DNA of 39,386 nucleotides, from NCBI GenBank assembly GCA_035552495.1, contig DASZLH010000118.1:1-39386 (forward strand). The letters are read 5' to 3'. Under the pieces are notes generated by a model, which made no database searches, had not been told where the DNA came from, and saw nothing but the letters and a program-made list of their open reading frames with translations. Made by a program: the position numbers and the translations under genes. The stretch's first letter is position 1, and every line of letters begins with the position of its first letter. Shown here piece by piece: positions 1-8,660 of this stretch. The DNA is from Candidatus Kapaibacterium sp. (GTDB lineage Bacteria > Bacteroidota > Ignavibacteria > Palsa-1295).

Positions 1-781
1 GATCTTCAAATAAATCGTTGAAGACATTGATTCGCTTTTCCCGTGTGCCTGAAAGATCTACGTCCGCGACGATTGTTTCTGTGTTATCTTTTGAAGCTTG
101 CAGGAGATTCTCGCCGTTATAGTTAATGATCGCGCTCTCACCTCGAAACACGAGCGTCTCATTTTGATTGGTCTCGGTGCCGGTGCGATCGGCAAAGGCC
201 AGCACAACTTTATTTTCGAATGCGCGAGTTTGCAATGTGGTATGTAGCATTCCCGTCGCGGTCACAATATTGGAAGGTACGGCAATGAGTTCAGCGCCGG
301 CGATCGCCAGCGACCGCGCGGCTTCCGGGAAGCGCCAGTCGTAACAAATCATCATCCCGACTTTTGCGCTGCCGTTTCGCATTGTAAGATCGAAGACCGG
401 AAAGCCGAGATCGCCGCGCTCGAAGATTTGCGTCTCGTAATAAAAGCGGTGTACTTTTCGGTAATGTCCGGCAAGCGTGCCGTTGCTATCGAATGCGAGC
501 GAACTGTTGTAATATTTTCCATTCGCCGACTCGAGGAATCCCGTCACGATCGCTTTCTTTTCTGCGCGGGCAAGATCGGCAATTGCCTTCGCTATCTCAC
601 CATCGATCGGTTGTCCTAATGCAGTAATCTCATCGACGCTTCGAAAAAAATAGCCGGTCAGCGCAAGTTCGGGGAAGACGATAATATCGGCATCGGCGGC
701 GCGCGCCATCGATCGCATTCGCTCCAGGTTTGCTTCGACCTCTCGAAAAGCTGGCGAAAATTGGCAGCAAGCAATCTTCAT
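1..781 (-). CDS. carbon-nitrogen hydrolase (nitrilase superfamily) protein; 3' end lies outside the window
   Basis: The minus-strand frame is open from the ATG at 781-779 to the window edge, so it is absent from the ORF track. Hand translation gives MKIACCQFSPAFREVEANLERM... and a catalytic-Cys context GMMICYDWRFPE near 330-365. The ATG overlaps the upstream stop (ATGA at 781-778). Confidence 0.8.
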   Translation of the reverse strand, partial: MKIACCQFSPAFREVEANLERMRSMARAADADIIVFPELALTGYFFRSVDEITALGQPIDGEIAKAIADLARAEKKAIVTGFLESANGKYYNSSLAFDSNGTLAGHYRKVHRFYYETQIFERGDLGFPVFDLTMRNGSAKVGMMICYDWRFPEAARSLAIAGAELIAVPSNIVTATGMLHTTLQTRAFENKVVLAFADRTGTETNQNETLVFRGESAIINYNGENLLQASKDNTETIVADVDLSGTREKRINVFNDLFED

Positions 782-1644
782 ATTTTTATGGGTTGATTCA
801 AAAGCTGAAGCCGCTTCAGGCCATATCGGATATATTCCGGATTCATTTCAATCCCAACAAATTCTCGATGCAATCGCTTCGCGACTACTGAAGTCGTTCC
901 AGAGCCGCTAAATAAATCGAGCACGCGGTCTCCTGGATTCGAGGAAGCCGTTAGAATACGCTCCATCAATTTCTCTGGCTTTTGCGTTGGATGCGGAGTG
1001 TTCTCGCGCATGGACCAGAAGGGGACGGTGAGATCGATCCAGATATTCGATGGGTGTGTCATTCGATAGGGTTCACCACGGTCATCGACTGCCCAATCTT
1101 TTGGTTTTCCATTTTCTTTATATGGCGCAATAACTTTCTTTCGATTTTTGACCTGATCGATGTTGAACGTATACTGTTGCGGGTCGCGGACCGCAAACCA
1201 TATATCCTCCATGTTTTGCTTCCAGTTTTTTTTAGCGCCGCGGCCTTTCTCACGTTTCCACGTAATGCGGTTGAGCACTGTGAAGCCGGCGCGTTCGAGT
1301 GTGGATTGGTAGAATCCGGAATATTCCCATCCGCAACAAATATAGATCGAAGCCTGCGGTTTCATGACAGCATGTACTTTTGAAATCCACGACTCGACCC
1401 ACTCGAAATATTCTTGGTCGCTTCTATGATCGCTTTTATTTCCGAAATCTACTCCATAATTATAAGGTGGATCGGCGACGACAAGATCGAAATAATTATG
1501 CGGCAGCACTTTCAGTGCTCGCTCCACTTCTCCAGCATAAAGATTCGAGGTTATTTCATCCACCGGAGCAGGTGGTAACGCTTCTATGGGCGCAGTGAAC
1601 TCTTCGTTTGTAAGTTGGAGGGTCCGATTGAGGGAGGAGGCCAT
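778..1644 (-). CDS. beta-class DNA methyltransferase (N6-adenine/N4-cytosine family, DPPY type)
   Basis: 288-aa ORF with ATG at 1644. Catalytic motif IV (VVADPPYNYG) precedes AdoMet motif I (DLFSGSGTTSVVA), which is the beta-class order. DPPY favours N6-adenine. No restriction endonuclease candidate is adjacent. Confidence 0.85.
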   Translation of the reverse strand: MASSLNRTLQLTNEEFTAPIEALPPAPVDEITSNLYAGEVERALKVLPHNYFDLVVADPPYNYGVDFGNKSDHRSDQEYFEWVESWISKVHAVMKPQASIYICCGWEYSGFYQSTLERAGFTVLNRITWKREKGRGAKKNWKQNMEDIWFAVRDPQQYTFNIDQVKNRKKVIAPYKENGKPKDWAVDDRGEPYRMTHPSNIWIDLTVPFWSMRENTPHPTQKPEKLMERILTASSNPGDRVLDLFSGSGTTSVVAKRLHREFVGIEMNPEYIRYGLKRLQLLNQPIKI

Positions 1645-1653
1645 AGCGGGTTT

Positions 1654-3690
1654 TTAGAAGGCAAGTGATGCATTGAGAGTAAAAGCAGTTTCGTTATAAC
1701 TATAATTCGGATCGGAAGAAGTAACGCCGGCTACTTCGAGAATGCCTTCGAGCATCACGCTATTGAAGATAGTTGCAAGACGGGTTTCGAGCGGGAATAA
1801 TTTCGAGAGAGACACATTCACAAAGCGTCCGTTTTCGGTTCGTCCCGGCTGCGCGGCGATGATACCACCGAGCCTGCCTTTAATTGTCGTCTCCGCTGTC
1901 GATCCGTAAAGTCGGTGTTCGTAAGAGAAATCGATGCCAACGTCGATATCCCAAAACATTCGCGCGTTCGAAAAAATAGCGTAGCGTTGCAGGTTGTAAG
2001 TATATTCGTCATCGGCAATTTGCGGGGCGGCGCGGCGTTTTGCAATACTTAGCGTATTTGTAACGTATGCACGAAGATTAGGATTATTATTGAATGTAGC
2101 GAGTGCACCGGCCGCCCAGCGTTCTCCGATAAATTGAGCGAATCCAATCCCAAATGAATATTGCCTGAAATTCGCAGCCCCAGATTGAAAGATGGTGTCT
2201 GGATTCTGTTTGCTCCCTTGGATTTTGGCAATTTGCTGGAGTGGGTCGAGATAATTTCGAAAACCTAATGCAAATTCTCCGAAAAGAATGCTGGACGGAG
2301 CAATCGCGGCACGCCCCTCGACGCGAAGCCGGTTTTCGGAGTTGGTATAAACGGAATCGAACGGGTAGACCGTCCGGGTGAATTGATAACCGGGACGCAA
2401 ACTAAATCCGGAATTCGAGAATATCTCGAAAGCGGCTGCTACGGTCGTTGCGTTGAAATCATTCGGATTTCCAGGGAAAAATCCTCCAAATAGCAAGCTA
2501 TCGGCGGCGGTCGGCGCACGCCCGTTTTGCTTGGAATAGGTGAGAGGGACCGTCAGCGATGTAGCGAGTGTTGTTGCGCCGGAATCGTCAGCGTCCTCAC
2601 GGATTTCCAAATCTTCATATCCGAATTCTCGCAACCTCGTACTCGATGTAATAAGTGTAATCACCGGTGCTGGAATTTCATCTTCTTCCTGCACACGGAA
2701 GGGGGCTGGTTTTTCGAGCGAGCTTAAGATCTGCTTCGTTTTTCCCGAAACGTTGCCAGGCAGTGGTGTCGGGGGTGTTTGCAGAAAATCGGATTCCGGT
2801 TTCACACTTTTTAGTGCATCCAGAGCAACGGTAAGTTCGGCCGGATTCGTATGGGATGGTTTGGTTTGTGGAAGCAGTTTCGCCAGCGGCGTCTGAAGTT
2901 GTTCCAACTCTGGCACGACTACCTGGGCGACACTTTCGCTATATCCTAACGAGTCGAGAAGATCGGCAATTGTCGAGAGCGCATCGGATATCGAATCGCG
3001 TGTGTCCTTCAGTTGCTCAACATGCGATTTAGAAATCCCCTTTGTCGCTATCTTGGTTAAATCGAGTTCCTCACTGAGTGTATAGAGTGCCGAAATAGCG
3101 ACTTGAACGAGAGAATCATCGCGATCGTCATCACTTTTCTTGTTAGTTATTTCAGAAATGGGAAATGGCTCTTGGAAGGATGGCGGTGAAGAAAATAAAG
3201 GTGAAGAAAATAAGGGTGAAGAAAATAAGGGTGAAGAAAATAAGGGTGAAAAAGATAATGGAGATGAAAGAAAGTGAGAGGAAGGACGCGCCAATAATTT
3301 TGAGTTTTCTGCTCGGTCCGATGCTTCGGCTGTAATGGCATCGGTATTCGTGAGATAAAATAGTCCTTTCACGCCAAAGTAAGTTGCATTGAAACTGAGA
3401 TCTGGATTGACCGAATAAATATTCGGGCTGTATGCCCCAGTGAACGTGATCGTCGAACTTGCGGTGACGGGCCATGTATAACTCAGTTGAATCGCCGGCA
3501 ATAGAATCTGATCCGGCGCTGTGGTATCGAGGCTTTCGACGTTATTGGTACTCTTGCCGCCAATCATGATTTGACCGTTCAGTTGCGCCCGGACGCTCGT
3601 GGTAATAAGCATCGTAGCGGCCCACAGCCATACTTGTCGTGAAATGGAGATCGAGCGTGTTCGGTGAATAAAGAAAAATCTTTGGAACAC
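1654..3690 (-). CDS. outer-membrane beta-barrel-like protein with an internal SSPLF tandem repeat and an acidic/helical insert
   Basis: 678-aa ORF with a GTG start 3 nt after the upstream stop. The N-terminus is signal-like (VWLWAATMLITTSVRAQ). Alternating beta-strand-like segments occur at both ends and the C-terminus ends ...LNASLAF with a terminal Phe. No family was recognised. Confidence 0.55.
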   Translation of the reverse strand: MFQRFFFIHRTRSISISRQVWLWAATMLITTSVRAQLNGQIMIGGKSTNNVESLDTTAPDQILLPAIQLSYTWPVTASSTITFTGAYSPNIYSVNPDLSFNATYFGVKGLFYLTNTDAITAEASDRAENSKLLARPSSHFLSSPLSFSPLFSSPLFSSPLFSSPLFSSPPSFQEPFPISEITNKKSDDDRDDSLVQVAISALYTLSEELDLTKIATKGISKSHVEQLKDTRDSISDALSTIADLLDSLGYSESVAQVVVPELEQLQTPLAKLLPQTKPSHTNPAELTVALDALKSVKPESDFLQTPPTPLPGNVSGKTKQILSSLEKPAPFRVQEEDEIPAPVITLITSSTRLREFGYEDLEIREDADDSGATTLATSLTVPLTYSKQNGRAPTAADSLLFGGFFPGNPNDFNATTVAAAFEIFSNSGFSLRPGYQFTRTVYPFDSVYTNSENRLRVEGRAAIAPSSILFGEFALGFRNYLDPLQQIAKIQGSKQNPDTIFQSGAANFRQYSFGIGFAQFIGERWAAGALATFNNNPNLRAYVTNTLSIAKRRAAPQIADDEYTYNLQRYAIFSNARMFWDIDVGIDFSYEHRLYGSTAETTIKGRLGGIIAAQPGRTENGRFVNVSLSKLFPLETRLATIFNSVMLEGILEVAGVTSSDPNYSYNETAFTLNASLAF
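3186..3260. repeat. 15-nt tandem repeat (about 5 copies) inside the 678-aa gene
   Basis: gtgaagaaaataagg is repeated head-to-tail: three near-identical copies at 3201-3245 with degenerate copies on both sides. It encodes (SSPLF)n on the minus strand. Confidence 0.9.
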
Positions 3691-3693
3691 TCG

Positions 3694-4482
3694 TCAAGAG
3701 ATGTGAAGAAGCGATTGATAGAGCGAGGCATAACGCACGGGATCGATACGCTCCAGAAGCAAATATAGACCCCACATGACAAATCCGATGGAAACGGGGA
3801 CAGAAAAATTATCGTCAAGGTGCAGTGTAACGCTTGCGGCTTCAGCCAGGCCCCCAATTACTGCAGCGATCGCGGCAATGACATATTCAATGGGTAGAGG
3901 ACCTGCCTTAGGGGTCAGAAGAATAACAAGCCATGCACTAATGATAAACGCCAGCGTGCCTTCGAGACTTTTATCGAACAGCTTATGACGGCCGAATGCG
4001 CGTCCCACCAGCGCGCTCGATGCATCGGAGACAATCAGGATCGAAAACGCCGTGATGGTGATTAACTTCGGAAATACCAGGACGCAAAACAACGCACTGA
4101 TAAAAACGTAGGTAGCGCCGCTGAGCAGACCGTTTTTGCGTTCGTGCGGCCGGATGATGCGATCGAATAACCGGCTTACAATTCGCGCAATGGCGGGAAT
4201 ATAATGACGGCTGACATCGATAAAGATCGAGAACACCGCGATTGGCAATAGTACCCGAATGGCTGTCTCGCGCGAAACAAAGTAATAGACGACCGGAATC
4301 GAAAGAGACCCCAGGTGCAGCATTTTCCGGAGCAGCTCCCCTGAAAAAGTAATTTGCGTGGCTTCTGCAAGAGGGGAAGTCTTATTTTCCGCATTTGCAG
4401 CGGATCCAGTAGGACCTGTCGGTCCAATTTCTGACGATGATCGGAAGGCGTTTGTTATAGAGTGAATGGGCGGTTCTGCCAT
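3694..4482 (-). CDS. CdsA-family integral membrane protein (CTP-dependent polyprenol/phytol/dolichol kinase-like)
   Basis: Multi-TM ORF whose C-terminal motif SDASSALVGRAFGRHKLFDKSLEGTLAF resembles the cytidylyltransferase/dolichol-phytol kinase signature. The longest ORF starts at GTG 4491; ATG 4482 (MAEPP...) is preferred. Confidence 0.6.
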   Translation of the reverse strand: MAEPPIHSITNAFRSSSEIGPTGPTGSAANAENKTSPLAEATQITFSGELLRKMLHLGSLSIPVVYYFVSRETAIRVLLPIAVFSIFIDVSRHYIPAIARIVSRLFDRIIRPHERKNGLLSGATYVFISALFCVLVFPKLITITAFSILIVSDASSALVGRAFGRHKLFDKSLEGTLAFIISAWLVILLTPKAGPLPIEYVIAAIAAVIGGLAEAASVTLHLDDNFSVPVSIGFVMWGLYLLLERIDPVRYASLYQSLLHIS

Positions 4483-4541
4483 AGTGAACACTTATTAACT
4501 ATCTTGCTCACAAATTCATTCTGTAAAAGATTTAGCGCGGA

Positions 4542-5120
4542 TTATTCGACCGCAATGGCGAGGACTGGATGGATTTCACGATCGTTAATGGCTACCCCGG
4601 ATTGCGGTATAAGATGTCCTTCGTCAAAAAAACCGACACCAGTAACTCGAACTCGGGTGGGATGCTTAGGTTTGCGTCCAATGATCTGGGAGAAAATTCC
4701 AGGTTTCCCAGTAATGGAATCGACCTCCGCGCGGGCGGCGGAAAATGCCTTATGATAAGCGGAGGAAGCCTGGTTGTTTGTGTCGGGAATTTCTGCTATG
4801 ATTCGAGCGTGGGTCTTCGGATCTTCCAGCACGAGATGATAGTCGCCATCGAATTCCTTTTTGACTGCGATGAGATTAGCATCCAGAGTATATTTCGTCC
4901 GTTCGCAATTCAGGCGGCCAACGGATTCATCCACTGTAGGATTGGGAAGAATGCGCTGTTCCTCAATAGTGGTAGTAATAGGCTGATCGTTCGGTATGTA
5001 TCCGTCGCTCAACGTTTTTACCTGCCAGCGTTCGGAGTGAACATGCTCATGTAAAGCAAAACCTATTGTCGCGGCGACACCGATAATCGTTGCTATAAAA
5101 AGGATTTTAAAAAGGGTCAT
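4542..5120 (-). CDS. membrane-anchored protein of unknown function (paralog A)
   Basis: 192-aa ORF with ATG at 5120 and an N-terminal TM helix (ILFIATIIGVAATIGFAL). It shares motifs with the neighbouring 192-aa ORF. Confidence 0.7.
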   Translation of the reverse strand: MTLFKILFIATIIGVAATIGFALHEHVHSERWQVKTLSDGYIPNDQPITTTIEEQRILPNPTVDESVGRLNCERTKYTLDANLIAVKKEFDGDYHLVLEDPKTHARIIAEIPDTNNQASSAYHKAFSAARAEVDSITGKPGIFSQIIGRKPKHPTRVRVTGVGFFDEGHLIPQSGVAINDREIHPVLAIAVE

Positions 5121-5192
5121 CTGTCATGACTGAACAGAACGATTGCATGAGTGGTCACTGAAAAGAAGTTAACAGTGAGCGAATATTGGAGT

Positions 5193-5771
5193 TCAGCGAA
5201 GTACTTCGATTTTCAGCACTGGATGAATTTCCCGGTTATTCGGGGCTGTACCTGCTAAGGGGAGGGGGTGCGGTTGATCGAATAGACCTACGCCGGTTAT
5301 ACGTACAATCGGTGGTGTGGTGAATTTTTTTCCGGCATAATCTGGCTCGGCGCCGGTGAGACTATCGATGACGTGACGCGCGCGCCGGTAAGCAGGTTTA
5401 TATCGATTGGGAGCATCGTCGCCATTGGGATCGGGAATTTCGGCGATCATGTGATTGTGACTTTTCGGGTCTTCGAAAATGAATTTATAATCGTTATCCA
5501 AATCCTCCTTCACATGAATGATCTGCCCGGTGAGTACATAGACGGTTTGTTCCGAGGGCAGACGAGGAGTCGGCTGGCGAATTCCCGTCGGTTCGGGAAG
5601 GGAGATTTGCCCGTCAATAGTAGTTGGGACGGGCGTGGAATCGGCGATGAAGCCATCGGCCAGAGTTTTAACATCCCATCGGTGCGAATGAATGTGCCTT
5701 CGGAATTCGAGTCCGATTGCCGCAGCGGCCGCACTAAAGAGTATCAGAAAAGTCGTTCGGAGCAGGCACAT
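5193..5771 (-). CDS. membrane-anchored protein of unknown function (paralog B)
   Basis: 192-aa ORF with ATG at 5771 and the same length and architecture as 4542..5120. Shared blocks are HSxRWxVKTLxDG, DYxxxxEDPKxHxxxIAEIPD, VR(V/I)TGVG(F/L)FD and REIHPVL. Confidence 0.7.
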   Translation of the reverse strand: MCLLRTTFLILFSAAAAAIGLEFRRHIHSHRWDVKTLADGFIADSTPVPTTIDGQISLPEPTGIRQPTPRLPSEQTVYVLTGQIIHVKEDLDNDYKFIFEDPKSHNHMIAEIPDPNGDDAPNRYKPAYRRARHVIDSLTGAEPDYAGKKFTTPPIVRITGVGLFDQPHPLPLAGTAPNNREIHPVLKIEVLR

Positions 5772-5817
5772 TTCTCTTTATCGAACTAAAACTCTTTATT
5801 TGAACATTCCAACGCGT

Positions 5818-6567
5818 ATGAAATATCTCGTTTTAATTGTATTCCTTCTCTCGACGAACGTATCGCCCTCGGTTGCGCAGAAATCACCACCGGATGTTTC
5901 CGCCGGTCGAAAGAAAGTTGAGGACGCCTATAAATTTCAGAATAAACTCGCCGATAGTTCGGTCACCGTTGCGGATGTCATCCAAAAATGGAGTCGGACC
6001 GAGCGCGATCCCGATGTTCGAAAAGACCCGGATGCTCAGGCTATTGCGTTTGGCTGTGAAGGCCTGCTCGAATTACAACGCGGACAAAAGCTGCGCGCGG
6101 ACTCTTTATTATCTCAGGCGATGCCTCGCTTTCGATGGAAACATTCGAAAGAGTCTTTCCTGGTTACGTATGCGGAGCTCGAACGGCAGCTAAAGCACTA
6201 CGATCGCGCCGTTCGTTCGTATCAGGAAATTGCCGCTACGATGGACTCCATTCCCGAATTATGGGACATCACCTACTATCGACAATCGGGATATGCACCG
6301 TATGCGTATGCGATCGACGCGTGTTACGGGCTCGAACAAATTGCCAGTGCCGACGCCGATTATCATAAAAAAGCGGTCGAGTCGCTTTCCGCCACCATGG
6401 ACCGGCATCCCGTCGATGCCCTCGGGCTTATGGCGCTCGTTGCTTTGCATAGGCTCCATGCGATTTCGGACGAGCAATATAAATTCAAGCTGGACTTGCT
6501 CTGCTCCCGGCGTCCCGAATTGCGAAAGGTGAGCGACTTGTTCGAAAAGCGGCTCGTAGCAAAATAG
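5818..6567 (+). CDS. secreted helical-repeat (TPR-like) protein
   Basis: An in-frame ATG at 5818 gives the signal peptide MKYLVLIVFLLSTNVSPSVAQ. The ORF-track start at 5692 would overlap the minus-strand gene. The rest is helix-rich with no catalytic motif recognised. Confidence 0.55.
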   Translation: MKYLVLIVFLLSTNVSPSVAQKSPPDVSAGRKKVEDAYKFQNKLADSSVTVADVIQKWSRTERDPDVRKDPDAQAIAFGCEGLLELQRGQKLRADSLLSQAMPRFRWKHSKESFLVTYAELERQLKHYDRAVRSYQEIAATMDSIPELWDITYYRQSGYAPYAYAIDACYGLEQIASADADYHKKAVESLSATMDRHPVDALGLMALVALHRLHAISDEQYKFKLDLLCSRRPELRKVSDLFEKRLVAK

Positions 6568-6596
6568 GAAATATAATGGCTTGTAGAACTACCTCT

Positions 6597-7202
6597 TTAT
6601 TCATCTTGCAAAATGTTGGACTTCACGAACAGTCTCAACGCTCTCCCTCGATGACTGATCGCATTTTTTTCTTCATCGCTCATTTCCGCAAAGGTGCGAT
6701 CGTGAGCATCTTCAGTGGGAGCGAATACGGGGTCGTATCCAAAACCGTTCGATCCGTGCGAAGCCTCTGTTATGCTGCCAATAACTTCGCCGCGAAAAAG
6801 ATGTTCCTTTCCTAAAGGGTCGATGTATGCAATCACTGTCGAGAATTTTGCCGACCGGTCTGACTTTCCCTTTAGTTCATCGAGTAGTTTGTTGACATTA
6901 TCTGTGTATGTCGCGCGTTCGCCGGCATAGCGCGCGCTGTAAACTCCGGGTGCGCCGCCAAGCGCCGAAACTTCAAGTCCGGTATCGTCGGCTATCGTTG
7001 GAAGCTGGGTCTGATCGTGAACAGCGCGAGCTTTTATGAGGGCATTCTCTTCCAGCGTATTACCTGTTTCGGGAATTTCCCCGATGGCAGGCTCGATGTC
7101 GTCTAAGGTTTTTAGATCGACTCGGTCACCTAACTCCGCTCGCAGTACGGCAAGTAACTCATCGCGTTTATGCCGGTTATGCGTTGCAAGGACAATCGTC
7201 AT
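6597..7202 (-). CDS. rdgB: non-canonical purine NTP (dITP/XTP) pyrophosphatase
   Basis: 201 aa. Contains MTIVLATHNRHKRDEL and ...GFGYDPVF..., typical of the RdgB/HAM1 family. Confidence 0.9.
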   Translation of the reverse strand: MTIVLATHNRHKRDELLAVLRAELGDRVDLKTLDDIEPAIGEIPETGNTLEENALIKARAVHDQTQLPTIADDTGLEVSALGGAPGVYSARYAGERATYTDNVNKLLDELKGKSDRSAKFSTVIAYIDPLGKEHLFRGEVIGSITEASHGSNGFGYDPVFAPTEDAHDRTFAEMSDEEKNAISHRGRALRLFVKSNILQDE

Positions 7203-7213
7203 ATCGGTAATAA

Positions 7214-8623
7214 TTACAGCACGAGCGATCGTACTTCTGCCACATTTTCGACAGGCCTAAGTGTGATCTTTTCCGCGACTTTTGGAATGCTCTTCATATT
7301 CGCTTTCGGCAAAATAATATGCTCGAACCCCAGCTTGATCGCTTCCGCGACTCGGAGTTCGGCCTGTGGTACAGCGCGGACTTCACCACCAAGCCCAACT
7401 TCGCCAATAAGGCAGGACGTGGAATCGAGCGGTAAATCTTTGTGATTGCTGAGAACGGCCATTGCGATGGCGAGATCGGCTGCGGGTTCGTCGATGAAAA
7501 GGCCGCCCGCGACATTTACAAATATATCGCTATGCGATAGCTTCGTTCCAAGCCGTTTTTCGAGCACAGCAAGCAGCATGGCGACGCGGCGAAAGTCATA
7601 GCCATTAACGGTGCGTTGCGGATTATTGAATGTGGAATTTGTCACAAGCGCCTGAATTTCGAGCAGTACCGGCCGCGTTCCTTCGAGCACCGAGCAGATT
7701 GCAGAGCCGGACGAGCCATACTGACGCTGCGATAGAAAAACTTCCGATGGATTCGGCACTTCTTCGAGGCCCGTGGAAGTCATGGAAAAAACGCCGATCT
7801 CGTTTGTCGAACCATAACGATTTTTTGCTGCGCGGAGAATGCGATACGCATGCGTGCGCTCGCCCTCGAATTGCAACACGGTATCGACAATATGTTCGAG
7901 CACTTTTGGCCCTGCGATCATTCCTTCTTTCGTGACGTGACCGATAACGAAGACCGGAATCCCCGTCATCTTTGCAACTTGCATCAACAGCGCAGTGGAC
8001 TCACGCACTTGCGTGACGCTGCCGGGCGCGGATTCGATCATCGGGCGGTACATCGTCTGGATCGAATCGACGATGACGACATCTGGCACCATCTGACGCA
8101 TTGCGTCGAGTACCGCCTCGACGTTTGTCTCCGCAAGGATGTAGAGATTATCGTTAACAAGCCCAAGCCGCTCCGCGCGCGATTTTAATTGCCGAGCCGA
8201 TTCTTCACCCGAAACGTAGAGTGTTTTATGTCCGATGCTCGCTCCGCTGGCAGTCGAAGATCGAGCCACATCCAACCCGCGGACCATCTGCATCATTAGC
8301 GTTGATTTCCCAATACCGGGATCGCCGCCGACGAGTACGATCGAACCAGGCATGATCCCTCCGCCCAGCACACGATCGAACTCCTGAATGCCCGTCGAAA
8401 GGCGGTCTTCCTCACTGCCGCTAATTTCCGATAACCTAACCGGGTGCGCGGCCTGACCATTTTTTTGCATACGAACGCCTTGCGCGCGAGGATGTTCGGA
8501 GCCACTCGTGGTCGTCTCTTCTACAAAGCTATTCCACGTTCCGCACTCCGCACACTTACCGATCCAGCGAGGAGAAATATAACCGCAGGACTGGCAAACG
8601 AATTGAGTTTTTGTTTTGGACAC
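7214..8623 (-). CDS. radA: DNA repair protein RadA
   Basis: 469 aa. Has an N-terminal zinc ribbon (FVCQSCGY...GKCAECGTWNSF), Walker A (GGDPGIGKST), a KNRYG motif and a Lon-like C-terminal domain. The start codon is GTG. Confidence 0.95.
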   Translation of the reverse strand: MSKTKTQFVCQSCGYISPRWIGKCAECGTWNSFVEETTTSGSEHPRAQGVRMQKNGQAAHPVRLSEISGSEEDRLSTGIQEFDRVLGGGIMPGSIVLVGGDPGIGKSTLMMQMVRGLDVARSSTASGASIGHKTLYVSGEESARQLKSRAERLGLVNDNLYILAETNVEAVLDAMRQMVPDVVIVDSIQTMYRPMIESAPGSVTQVRESTALLMQVAKMTGIPVFVIGHVTKEGMIAGPKVLEHIVDTVLQFEGERTHAYRILRAAKNRYGSTNEIGVFSMTSTGLEEVPNPSEVFLSQRQYGSSGSAICSVLEGTRPVLLEIQALVTNSTFNNPQRTVNGYDFRRVAMLLAVLEKRLGTKLSHSDIFVNVAGGLFIDEPAADLAIAMAVLSNHKDLPLDSTSCLIGEVGLGGEVRAVPQAELRVAEAIKLGFEHIILPKANMKSIPKVAEKITLRPVENVAEVRSLVL

Positions 8624-8660
8624 AATTATTATAGAGAGAGAATCGATGGATTACGAAATT

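Noticed and set aside
1-4. The window begins with GATC, and its length of about 39 kb is similar to a fosmid/cosmid insert
   Set aside because: This may reflect a cloning or assembly boundary rather than biology. The other end does not finish in GATC, so nothing can be concluded.
3186-3260. Possible CRISPR array (also considered for 21662-21715 and the heptamer arrays)
   Set aside because: The repeats are directly adjacent with no unique spacers, the units are 7-18 nt, and no cas genes are present.
300-3854. Classical cyanobacterial HIP1 (GCGATCGC)
   Set aside because: I saw only two exact octamers (300-307 and about 3847-3854). The enrichment is at the CGATCG hexamer level with variable flanks, and the gene content (T9SS sorting domain) does not look cyanobacterial.
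5692-5817. N-terminal 42 codons of the ORF-track call 5692..6567
   Set aside because: They would overlap the 5' end of the minus-strand paralog gene. The internal ATG at 5818 yields a clean signal peptide.
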